The translations under genes were made by a program, and so were the position numbers. The notes under the pieces are model-generated. The model was not told where the DNA came from and did not search any database. It was given only the letters and a program-made list of their open reading frames with translations. A stretch of DNA of 63,886 nucleotides, the filler included, from Coriobacteriales bacterium (GTDB taxonomy: Bacteria; Actinomycetota; Coriobacteriia; Coriobacteriales; UBA8131), in assembly GCA_031263105.1 (NCBI GenBank). It is 6 parts of 6 records of this genome, joined end to end, with 100 filler letters (N's around TTAATTAATTAA, not from the genome) between each part and the next. Parts side by side here need not be neighbours in the genome. Positions count along the whole stretch, not along the records: positions 48,550 to 59,779 come from JAISGJ010000227.1; 5 more parts are not named here. One strand, given 5' to 3'. Shown here piece by piece: positions 48,679-57,156 of this stretch (position 1 is its first letter; every line of letters begins with the position of its first letter).

Positions 48679-49911
48679 ATGAGGGAGCACGCAGGCGCGA
48701 AGGGGCATACGGGTGCGGGCGAGCAGGCCGGGGCGGCGGGCCGCGCCCCCGCCGGGGGGAGGCCCTGCTCGCGCAGGGAGGCGCTGGCCGTGCTGGCGCC
48801 GCTGCTGGCCGTGCCGCTCCTGGGGGCCTCCGGCTGCCGGTTCTCGAGCCTCGTAAGCGGCGCGAAGGACGGGGTCGGCTTCCCCGGCGACTACGCCGTT
48901 GCCGTGGTCAAGTCGAACGTCTCGAACATATCCACCTACATCGAGTGCTACGACGGTGCCCTTGACCTCGTGGCGAAGCTGGAGTACCCCTACTCGACCC
49001 TGGAGAACAGCTGGGGCAGGCCCGAGCGCTCGGGCGGCGAGGTCCTCCTCTGCAACCAGGGGGTCGAGGGATTCCGCACCTCCACGACGGTGGTGGGGAT
49101 CGACACGCTCACCGGCAGGGTGCGCGAGTACGACACGGGCATCAGCGCCCTGAAGGGCTGCACGGCCACGGAGCGCTACGTCTACGCCACGCGGAACCTC
49201 AACTTGAGCGCACCGATCGCCAGGGTCGACAGGCGGACGGGCGAGAGGGTGCAGGCGGAGTACCCCGGGCTGCTATATCCGCTTGCGTATGGTGAGAAAG
49301 TCTATGCGTTCAACGACTTCATCCCCGGAAAGAAGGACCAGTCATTCCTCCTCACGCTCAGTGAAGACCTGGAGCTGTTGGACTCCATCGACTTCGGAAG
49401 TGTTTCCAAAGTTCCTCAAGTGACAGGCTTCATAGACGACAGGCTGTATTTCGTCATGACACAGGACACTGATGACATCGAATGGGCGGACATAGTGTGG
49501 CACCTCAACTACTACTCCCCTGAAGGCGGCCAGATGCATCAGGTCACGGAGGCCAGAGGCATGCGCCTCGGTCGCATTGCCGCACATGCCGACACGCTGT
49601 TCGTGCTGGGCAGCGCCAACGTCTCGGGCGGCCCGCGCAACAAGGTGCTGGCCGTCGATGCCAGGAGCGGGGAGACCGTGGCGGAGCAGCCCCTGTCGTT
49701 CGAGCCCAAGCACCTGCTCGTCGTCGGCGACGCGCTCTACGTCGCAGGCTACGACGACGACGTGAACGGCACCGGCCGCATGGCGATGGCGCTCGTCGCC
49801 TTCGACGTCGCCGAGGGGGGCCTCACGGAGACGGGGAAGGTGTTCCTGGAAAACTCGGAGAAGGACAGGCCCGGGCGCTACTACCTCACCGGCCTGTTCG
49901 CGGAAAGATGA
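48679..49911 (+). CDS. Lipoprotein, probable beta-propeller, function unknown
   Basis: SRREAL...LLGASGC signal/lipobox; repeated xDxxTG/SG strand-turn motifs. Confidence 0.72.
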   Translation: MREHAGAKGHTGAGEQAGAAGRAPAGGRPCSRREALAVLAPLLAVPLLGASGCRFSSLVSGAKDGVGFPGDYAVAVVKSNVSNISTYIECYDGALDLVAKLEYPYSTLENSWGRPERSGGEVLLCNQGVEGFRTSTTVVGIDTLTGRVREYDTGISALKGCTATERYVYATRNLNLSAPIARVDRRTGERVQAEYPGLLYPLAYGEKVYAFNDFIPGKKDQSFLLTLSEDLELLDSIDFGSVSKVPQVTGFIDDRLYFVMTQDTDDIEWADIVWHLNYYSPEGGQMHQVTEARGMRLGRIAAHADTLFVLGSANVSGGPRNKVLAVDARSGETVAEQPLSFEPKHLLVVGDALYVAGYDDDVNGTGRMAMALVAFDVAEGGLTETGKVFLENSEKDRPGRYYLTGLFAER

Positions 49912-49927
49912 CGGAGAGGAGACGAGG

Positions 49928-52900
49928 ATGGACGAGCGGCAAGGGCAGGGCACGGGCGCGGGCAGGCATGCCAGGACGGGAGGCGGGAAGACGCAGGGAG
50001 GGCCGAGGGGCGGGGCCGGCAAGGGAAGGGCGCGCCTGCTCACGGCGGCCGTGCTCGCCGTGCTCGCCTGCGCCGTAGGCGCCGCAGTGCTTTTGGCGCA
50101 GGGCGATGCGCCTGCCGTGGCGGACGGGCAGGTCCCCGAGCAACAGTCGCCCGCGCAACAGGCGTCCGAGCGACAGGTGCCCGAAGGGCAGGCACCCGAG
50201 GGACAGGAGCCCGAGGCCGCAGAGGGGCAAGGGGCCGCCGGCCCTGCCGAAGAGGCGCCCGCGCAGCCCCCCGACAAGGGGGACGCGGACGCATACGACG
50301 ACTGGCTCCTCGGCCTCGACGGGCGCTACTTCCTCGAGCATGTGGGCGAGCACTACAGCGGCAACGCCCCGGGCATCGACGATGCCCTCGCCACGGCCAC
50401 CGAGGAGGACATCGAGACGGCGGCGGCGTACTACAAGGGGGTCGTGATGTTCGAGCTCGCCGACGAGCAGGGCAGGGAGCTCACCCGGAAGGAGAAGGAC
50501 CACATCGCCCGCGTGCAGGAGCTGCTGTTCGGGGAGAGCGCGGACTGGCTGCACGACCAGGGCGCCGACGTCGGCGCCGCGCAGGAGGGCGGCGCGACGG
50601 CCCCGTCCGACGGCCTGACGGTGCTGGGCGGCTCCGGGCCGGTGCCGGGGGACCCCGACTACCAGTACGACGGGCCGTTCGTCGGCACGTACCCGATCGA
50701 GGACGACTTCGTCAAGGGCAGGGTGCTCGTGACCGACGACGGGGCGTTCGGGTGGCTGCCCACCGGGCATGCGGCGATGACGTATGACAAGCAATACAAC
50801 AAGGCCATCACCGCCATGGGCGGCGCGTCCTCGGGCTCGGGCTCGTCGGGCGGCAGCTCGGCAGGGGGCAGCTCGTCGGGCGCCGTGGGCGAAGGCACCG
50901 GCGTCGTCCTGGAGGACAACGACTGGAACCACCGCCACGCCACCTGCTTCGTCGTCGACGTCATAGGGACGGACGAGGAGGAGGAGGCGGCCGTCGCCGA
51001 CTGGTGCCACGGCCACCTCGGAAAGCCCTACTCGATAGAGTTCTTCGACACCGCCTCGCGCGACACCTTCTACTGCTCGAAGCTGGTGTGGGCGGGCTTC
51101 CTGGACTGCTACGGCATCGACCTGAACACCGAGGAGTACAGCATCCCCGGCGTCGGCGACGCCGTCCACCCGATGGAGCTGGTGCGCACGCCCCTGACGC
51201 GGCTGCTCTACCAGCACGGCGACGTGGCGGATGCCGAGACGGGCTGGCTCGACATCTCGGGTCGCCGCTACTACGTGGACGAGCTCGGGCAGCCCCTGGC
51301 CGGCCTGCAGGTGATCGACGGCTCCACCTACTGCTTCCGGACAGGCAACGGCCTCCCGAGCCCGGGCCCGGAGTACAGCATGGTCACCGGCAAGCAGTAC
51401 GTAGGCGGCACGTACTACGCGGGCGAGGACGGGCAGTACCACAGCACAGGCTCCGGCGGGCACTGGTACTACTTCAACGCCAGCGGGGCGGCGCTGTCAG
51501 GCTGGCGGACCATAGGCGGCTCCGAACACTACTTCCGCCACACGGCGAACTGGGCCTCAGCAGGCCCCAAGTACTCCGCAGTCACAGGCCCGATGTCGCT
51601 CGGCGGCTTCACCTACTCCTTCGGTTCCGACGGGGTTCTCCTCTCCTGCACCTCCAACGGCCCCGACCTCCTCACGACCTACGGCGTGCGCGACGGCAGC
51701 GCGGGGCCGGACTTCTTGGGTATCAGCAACACGAACTTCGACTTCACGCTGGGGTCGCCCTTCACGAACACGCAGTACACGGGCATGACATCCATGCAGC
51801 TTAGCACCGCGAGGGGTGCGGGCCTCGCGATATGGGCCACATCGGTCAACGAGGAGACGAACCTCTACTACCAGAACCTGTACTACGACATAGCGCTCGC
51901 CCTGACCCCGGCCCCCCCGCACGCCACCACCTGGATGTCCAACCCCATCGGCTCCTGGGGCGACTCCAACGGGACCGCGAGCAACAAGTACAACGTGAGC
52001 ACGGGCGCCCCCACCATCGCGGGCTTGGAGTACGACCCCGAGATAATCTTCGGTGCCAACAAGCTCACCAACTGGCAGGACGAGCTGCCGGACGGCTCGA
52101 ACTCGCAGACCGTGACCTATAACTACCTGGCGGGCGGTGCCGAGCCGGGCTACGAGCCCACGTTCACGAGCAACGACGCCACGAACATCTGGACCCAGGT
52201 CTACACGATGGGCCGCCTCGCCGAGGCCGCCGAGAACCTGAAGGCCGTGCACGAGGACAAGGAGACCCGCTACGGCAACGACGCCGTCGCAGCGGCCGTG
52301 GACTACGAGAAGGCCATCCGCGGCAACCTGCTCTACGTCGCGTCCCAGATCGACCTCGGCAACGCCCAGAGGAAGACCGTCGCCTACCTCTACTCCATCG
52401 ACCAGAATGGCGTGGGCTACTTCTTCACCCCCCAGGCCTCGGGCCTGCTCGTGGGCGACGACACGGGCGCGCCCCCCACCTCCGTCGTCAACTACGCCGC
52501 CAACAACGGTACGATAGGCTACGGCTACCGCGCCACGCTGCCTTTCGTCACCGACACCTTCGACTCCGGCACCCCCTTCTACGGCGGCATCGTCATGTGG
52601 GTGGAGAACATCCGCAAGTCCAACCCCGCCTGCATCGTGCCCTCCACCGCCACAGGGGCGCTCGCGGGCGTGGACACCGTCATCTACAACACCACCCTGC
52701 TCACCGACCCCGCCGGCGTCACGGACGGCAGGAACAGCTCCGGCGTGGGCATCAGCCCGAACTACCAGGCCAACGACTTCGCGCTCGTGTCCAACTGGCT
52801 CGCCGCCCGCGGCCTCCCCGCCACCAGCGCCGTCATAGCGGGCGACGACTTCGGCACGAGCTCCAGCCAGGGCTTCGGCACCGTCAACACGACCGCGACC

Positions 52901-53314
52901 GGCATGTCGCCCCTGCTGTACTGCCAGCGCAACTACACCGCCGACAAGAACGCCAAGGCGGCATGGGCCTTCGCGCGGGTCTACCCCGAACTCTACGGCG
53001 GCAACCCCGACGCCACCTACTGCTGGTGGGTGGACAGGGTCTACCATGTGAGGATGGCCGACGTGCCGACGGTCGCGAGGTACATGCTCAACAAGACCGG
53101 TGCCGTCACCTACGGCCAGGCCACCGCCGCCCTCCTCGAGGCGTGCTTCGCGGCGGGCCACCAGTGGTGGGAGGCCTCCGGCTCCACCGACCCCTACTGG
53201 TCGCAGTTCGCCTACTACAACGGCTCCTCGCGCGCCTCCTACTACTCGGACGACCCCTATAGCGAGGAGGCGGAGGACGAAATCGGCATCTTCGCCCCCT
53301 CGGTATTCTGGTGA
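49928..53314 (+). CDS. Exported protein: permuted NlpC/P60 (YiiX/YycO-like) domain, cell-wall-binding repeats, about 550-aa unknown C-terminal domain
   Basis: GHAAM...LGKPY...FYCSKLVW; GWLDISGRRYYVD, GLQVIDGSTYCF, HWYYFNASG, GWRTIGG. Confidence 0.8.
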   Translation: MDERQGQGTGAGRHARTGGGKTQGGPRGGAGKGRARLLTAAVLAVLACAVGAAVLLAQGDAPAVADGQVPEQQSPAQQASERQVPEGQAPEGQEPEAAEGQGAAGPAEEAPAQPPDKGDADAYDDWLLGLDGRYFLEHVGEHYSGNAPGIDDALATATEEDIETAAAYYKGVVMFELADEQGRELTRKEKDHIARVQELLFGESADWLHDQGADVGAAQEGGATAPSDGLTVLGGSGPVPGDPDYQYDGPFVGTYPIEDDFVKGRVLVTDDGAFGWLPTGHAAMTYDKQYNKAITAMGGASSGSGSSGGSSAGGSSSGAVGEGTGVVLEDNDWNHRHATCFVVDVIGTDEEEEAAVADWCHGHLGKPYSIEFFDTASRDTFYCSKLVWAGFLDCYGIDLNTEEYSIPGVGDAVHPMELVRTPLTRLLYQHGDVADAETGWLDISGRRYYVDELGQPLAGLQVIDGSTYCFRTGNGLPSPGPEYSMVTGKQYVGGTYYAGEDGQYHSTGSGGHWYYFNASGAALSGWRTIGGSEHYFRHTANWASAGPKYSAVTGPMSLGGFTYSFGSDGVLLSCTSNGPDLLTTYGVRDGSAGPDFLGISNTNFDFTLGSPFTNTQYTGMTSMQLSTARGAGLAIWATSVNEETNLYYQNLYYDIALALTPAPPHATTWMSNPIGSWGDSNGTASNKYNVSTGAPTIAGLEYDPEIIFGANKLTNWQDELPDGSNSQTVTYNYLAGGAEPGYEPTFTSNDATNIWTQVYTMGRLAEAAENLKAVHEDKETRYGNDAVAAAVDYEKAIRGNLLYVASQIDLGNAQRKTVAYLYSIDQNGVGYFFTPQASGLLVGDDTGAPPTSVVNYAANNGTIGYGYRATLPFVTDTFDSGTPFYGGIVMWVENIRKSNPACIVPSTATGALAGVDTVIYNTTLLTDPAGVTDGRNSSGVGISPNYQANDFALVSNWLAARGLPATSAVIAGDDFGTSSSQGFGTVNTTATGMSPLLYCQRNYTADKNAKAAWAFARVYPELYGGNPDATYCWWVDRVYHVRMADVPTVARYMLNKTGAVTYGQATAALLEACFAAGHQWWEASGSTDPYWSQFAYYNGSSRASYYSDDPYSEEAEDEIGIFAPSVFW

Positions 53315-53397
53315 GCAGATGTCGGCCCTGTGCCGACAGGCGGCGCAGCCGCGCGCTACGGCTCACGCTCCCGCTGCCGCCCCGGGTTCCCGCTGTC

Positions 53398-53645
53398 TCC
53401 CGAGCCCTCGCTGCCGCCCCGAGCCCCACTGTCATCCCGAGCCCTTCGGCTACGCTCAGGGTAAACTCCGGGGCGAAGCCCCCGCAGCCGAGGGATCCTT
53501 GGGTCCGGGCGCCCGGAAAGGGAACGCGAAGCAGCCGGCTGCGGGCCGAGGCGCCTTCTGGCCGCAGTCGACCGCTTGCGCGGTCGAGGATCCCTCGGCA
53601 GGCTCGGGATGACAGTGGGGCTCGGGAGGCAGTGGGGGCTCGGGG
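53398..53645. repeat. Complete family A element with C-rich outer arms, between convergent genes
   Basis: CCCGAGCCCCACTGTCATCCCGAGCC ... GGCTCGGGATGACAGTGGGGCTCGGG. Confidence 0.88.
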
Positions 53646-53650
53646 TGAAC

Positions 53651-53692
53651 GGTAGACAGGGAACCGTCCTCTGTCTACCCACCCTGTCTACC
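53651..53692. repeat. ACCGTCC-loop hairpin with duplicated right arm (family C)
   Basis: GGTAGACAG-GGAACCGTCCT-CTGTCTACC followed by a second CTGTCTACC. Confidence 0.6.
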
Positions 53693-53706
53693 GGGCGCCC
53701 TCCCCC

Positions 53707-54180
53707 TCAGCCCTCGGCCCCGGTGCCCTCCCCCTCGGCCTTGGCGGCGTCGCGGGCGGCTTTGGCGGCCATGGCCTGGGCGATGCGCTCGGCCTTCTTT
53801 CGCTCGGCGGCCTCCTTGGCGAGCTTCTCCTCGGGGGTCAGCTCGGGCTTTCGCACGGTCACGAGGCTCTTCTCGCGGGAGGGCTTCGCGTACTCAGGCT
53901 CCATGGTGAGGCATTTCGTGGGGCAGTTGCGCACGCAGCTCAGGCACTGGATGCAGGCGAAGCGGTCGATGGTCCAGGTCTCGTCCTGCTTGTTCACCGT
54001 TATCGCGTGGGTGGGGCAGCGGCTCGGGCAGACGTTGCAGAGGATGCAGCCCTTTATGTCGTTGGACACCAGCCCCTTGGACCTGCTCGTGTAGGCCGGC
54101 GGGACGACCGGGTACATCTTGGTCGCCGGCTTCCTGAACAGGTTGCGAAGCGACATCCTCATCAGATGGAAACTGCCCAT
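53707..54180 (-). CDS. echF: Ech hydrogenase 2x[4Fe-4S] subunit
   Basis: CILCNVCPSRCP, CIQCLSCVRNCP. Confidence 0.88.
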   Translation of the reverse strand: MGSFHLMRMSLRNLFRKPATKMYPVVPPAYTSRSKGLVSNDIKGCILCNVCPSRCPTHAITVNKQDETWTIDRFACIQCLSCVRNCPTKCLTMEPEYAKPSREKSLVTVRKPELTPEEKLAKEAAERKKAERIAQAMAAKAARDAAKAEGEGTGAEG

Positions 54181-54188
54181 GGTCCGGC

Positions 54189-55277
54189 CTACCTCTCCGT
54201 GCAGCTGATGCAGGGGTCGATGGTCAACACGTTAAGCGGCACGTCAGCCAAGTCGCAGCCTTGGAGCGTCTGCACCATGCCCGCGACGTTCTGCGACGTG
54301 GGGGTGCGGATGCGGAAGCGCTCGAGGAACTTGGTGCCGTTCCCCTTGGCGAAGTAGTAGCATTCGCCGCGCGGCTGTTCGAGGCGCGAGGCGGCATAGG
54401 AGCCTGCCTCGGGTACGCCTTTGACCTTCTGGCCGAAGGGGCCGTCCGGTATCTTGTCGACCATCTCCTTGATGATGTCGATGGACTGGATCACCTCGAG
54501 TGCGCGAACCTCGCAGCGCGCGTAGCCGTCCCCGTCGTTGGAGACGACGGGCTGGAAGTCCGCAAGGTCGCCGTAGGCGCCGAAGCCAAAGGAGCGGATG
54601 TCGCTGGCGAGGCCCGAGGCGCGACCGAAGGGGCCCACGCAGCCGAAGCGGAAGGCGTCGTCCTTCGAGAGGTAGCCCACGCCCACAAGGCGGCTTTTCA
54701 CCGAGCGGTCTTTGAGGAAGGCCCCAAGCAGCTCGCCGTACTCGGAGTGCAGGCCGTCGAGGCGCTGCACGATGCCCGCAAGCTCGCCGTTCTCGATGTC
54801 CTGCTCCACGCCTCCCACGTTGCAGGCGGTGAGGATGACGCGCCCCCCGGTCGTCTCCTCGAATATGTCGAGCACGCGCTCGCGCAGGCGCCAGCACTGC
54901 ATGAACAGGTTCTCGTAGCCGAACGCGTCCGCCAGAAGGCCCATCCAGAGCAGGTGGCTGTGTATCCGTGAGAGCTCGTGCCAGACGACGCGCAGGTACT
55001 CGGCGCGCTTGGGCACCTCGATGCCCATGAGGGCCTCTACGGTCTCGGAGTAGCCGAGGCTGTGGCCGAAGGCGCAGATGCCGCAGATGCGCTCGGCGAC
55101 GAGCACGAACTGCGTGAAGTCCTTCTTCGAGACGAGCTTCTCGAGCCCGCGATGGATGAAGCCCACCTGGGGGATGGCCTCGACGACCCGCTCGTCCTCG
55201 ATGACGAGGTCGAGGTGCATGGGCTCGGGCAGGACGGGGTGCTGCGGCCCAAAGGGGATGACGGTTCTCTTGCCCAT
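54189..55277 (-). CDS. echE: Ech [NiFe]-hydrogenase large subunit (group 4)
   Basis: FGPQHPVLPEP, ERICGIC, DPCISCTER at the C-terminus. Confidence 0.94.
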   Translation of the reverse strand: MGKRTVIPFGPQHPVLPEPMHLDLVIEDERVVEAIPQVGFIHRGLEKLVSKKDFTQFVLVAERICGICAFGHSLGYSETVEALMGIEVPKRAEYLRVVWHELSRIHSHLLWMGLLADAFGYENLFMQCWRLRERVLDIFEETTGGRVILTACNVGGVEQDIENGELAGIVQRLDGLHSEYGELLGAFLKDRSVKSRLVGVGYLSKDDAFRFGCVGPFGRASGLASDIRSFGFGAYGDLADFQPVVSNDGDGYARCEVRALEVIQSIDIIKEMVDKIPDGPFGQKVKGVPEAGSYAASRLEQPRGECYYFAKGNGTKFLERFRIRTPTSQNVAGMVQTLQGCDLADVPLNVLTIDPCISCTER

Positions 55278-55279
55278 CG

Positions 55280-55711
55280 TCACACCTCCTCGTCTGCGGC
55301 TGCGGGCGCGTCTGCAGCCGCGTCTGCGCCTGCGGCCTGTAACGCTTCGCGCGCCTTCTCAGAGCGGGGGTTCATCGGCGTGGGGACGGAGACGGTGTAG
55401 AACTCGCCGTTGAAGTCGATCGAGATGTCCAGGAAGCGCACCCCGAACAGGTCGTGGGTCTCGTTCTCGAAGAAGAACGCGTTGGGGAAGCGGTGGGACA
55501 CCGAGGGTATCTCGGTCGCGTTGTCGATGGTGAGGCGCAGGTTCTCCAGGGGGAGGCCGTCGGAGAAGGAGTAGATGAGCTCGACGCCCCCCTCCACCGT
55601 GCTGCCGCAGATGTTGACGAAGCGCCAGCCGCGCCTGTCGTAGTCCTCGACGCGTGCGGCCAGCTCGTGGTGGTCTATGTCGATGAAGGTCTGGGGTTTC
55701 TCGTTATGCAT
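55280..55711 (-). CDS. echD: Ech subunit D (NuoC-like)
   Basis: IPSVS..FPNAFFFENETHDLFG. Confidence 0.88.
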   Translation of the reverse strand: MHNEKPQTFIDIDHHELAARVEDYDRRGWRFVNICGSTVEGGVELIYSFSDGLPLENLRLTIDNATEIPSVSHRFPNAFFFENETHDLFGVRFLDISIDFNGEFYTVSVPTPMNPRSEKAREALQAAGADAAADAPAAADEEV

Positions 55712-56249
55712 GATCGGGTTCGCCTTCCGTTGCCTGCAGTGCCTCGGCGCGGACGGTCCGGCCATCGACGACCTTGTCGGCGGCGGTGACGCAGGCCTCC
55801 AGTGTGACGCCCAGGTCCTTGCCGGCAGCGAGGGCGCAGCGCTTCTCCTCCAGCACCCCCAGGCCTTCGACGACGGCGTCTATGATGGCCTCGGGACGGA
55901 CGGCGCAGCCGGGCGCGTACACGTCCACGGGGATGGCGACGTCCACCCCGCCGAGCGTGTTGTAGCATTCCTTGAAGATGCCGCCCGAGCAGGCGCAGAT
56001 GCCGCAGGCGATGACGACCTTCGGCTCTATCATCTGCTCGTAGATCTGCCGCACGACCGCTATGTTGCGCTCGTTGACCGAGCCGGTCACGAGGAAGAGG
56101 TCGGCGTGCTTGGGATTGCCCGTGTTGATGACGCCGAAGCGCTCTGCGTCATACATCGGCGTGAGGCAGGCGAGCACCTCGATGTCGCAGCCGTTGCAGC
56201 TGGAGGCGTCGTAATGGATGAGCCAAGGAGATTTTGCCGTCGATGACAT
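55704..56249 (-). CDS. echC: Ech small subunit (NuoB-like)
   Basis: SCNGCDIE, GICACSGG, PGCAVRPE. Confidence 0.93.
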   Translation of the reverse strand: MSSTAKSPWLIHYDASSCNGCDIEVLACLTPMYDAERFGVINTGNPKHADLFLVTGSVNERNIAVVRQIYEQMIEPKVVIACGICACSGGIFKECYNTLGGVDVAIPVDVYAPGCAVRPEAIIDAVVEGLGVLEEKRCALAAGKDLGVTLEACVTAADKVVDGRTVRAEALQATEGEPDHA

Positions 56250-56262
56250 TGACCATCGCCTC

Positions 56263-57156
56263 CTATATAAAGACCATCTTGAGGATGACCAGGTTCGCCA
56301 CGACGCAGACGAGGGTGACTGCCCAGCTCGATTTCAGCATGAGCTGCCACTTCACGCGTGCGAAGTTGTTGTCGATGAGCACCTCGAGCAGATAGACGAG
56401 GACGACGCCGAGCAGGGCGACCAGCCAGCCGACCCAGCTTCCCCACACCAGGAAAAGGCCCACCCAGCCGAGGAAGAGCACGGTCTCGCACCAGTGCGTG
56501 ACCTCGACGAGGGCCAGCGTGCGCCCCGTCATCTCGGTGGAGATGCCCTTGACGAGCTCGGTGTGGGCATGGTGGGTGTAGCTGAGGTCGAAGGGCGACT
56601 TGCGCAGTTTTATGGTGAGGATGAACAGCAGCCCCACGAAGACGAAGGGCAGCGCGACGACGAGCGGGCGGTCGAGCGCAAGCACCGCGCCCACATCGAA
56701 GGTGCCCACGCCAAGGAGCGCCCTTGTCGCCATGAAGAAGGTGACCGCCATGAGGATGACCATGGGTTCGTAGCTCATGACCTGGACGATCTCGCGCTCG
56801 GCGCCTGCCTCGGCGAAGGGCGAGCGGGTGGAGTAGGCCGCCACGACGAAGAACAGGGTCGAGAGCATGAGGATGAAGACCACGAGGAGGAAGTTGCCCC
56901 CCGCAAAGAAGAAGGCGCCCGCGAAGAGGGTAAAGGCGAACGACATGGCGACATAGACGCCTTGGAAGGCGTTGACCGCGACGTCGTCCTTCGCAAGCAG
57001 CTTGCGGACGTCGTAGAGGGGCTGGAGCAGGGGAGGGCCGACCCGCCCTTGCAGGCGTGCGGTGACGATGCGGTCGAGCCCGGCGATGAGGCAGCCGAGG
57101 ACGGGTGCCGCCACCGCAAAGGCGACGAGCGCGACGACGAAGGACAGTGCGGTCAC
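56263..57156 (-). CDS. echB: Ech membrane subunit B (NuoH-like)
   Basis: ARLQGRVGPPLLQPLYD..KL, KLRKSPFD; GTG 57156 overlaps the echA stop. Confidence 0.9.
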   Translation of the reverse strand: MTALSFVVALVAFAVAAPVLGCLIAGLDRIVTARLQGRVGPPLLQPLYDVRKLLAKDDVAVNAFQGVYVAMSFAFTLFAGAFFFAGGNFLLVVFILMLSTLFFVVAAYSTRSPFAEAGAEREIVQVMSYEPMVILMAVTFFMATRALLGVGTFDVGAVLALDRPLVVALPFVFVGLLFILTIKLRKSPFDLSYTHHAHTELVKGISTEMTGRTLALVEVTHWCETVLFLGWVGLFLVWGSWVGWLVALLGVVLVYLLEVLIDNNFARVKWQLMLKSSWAVTLVCVVANLVILKMVFI

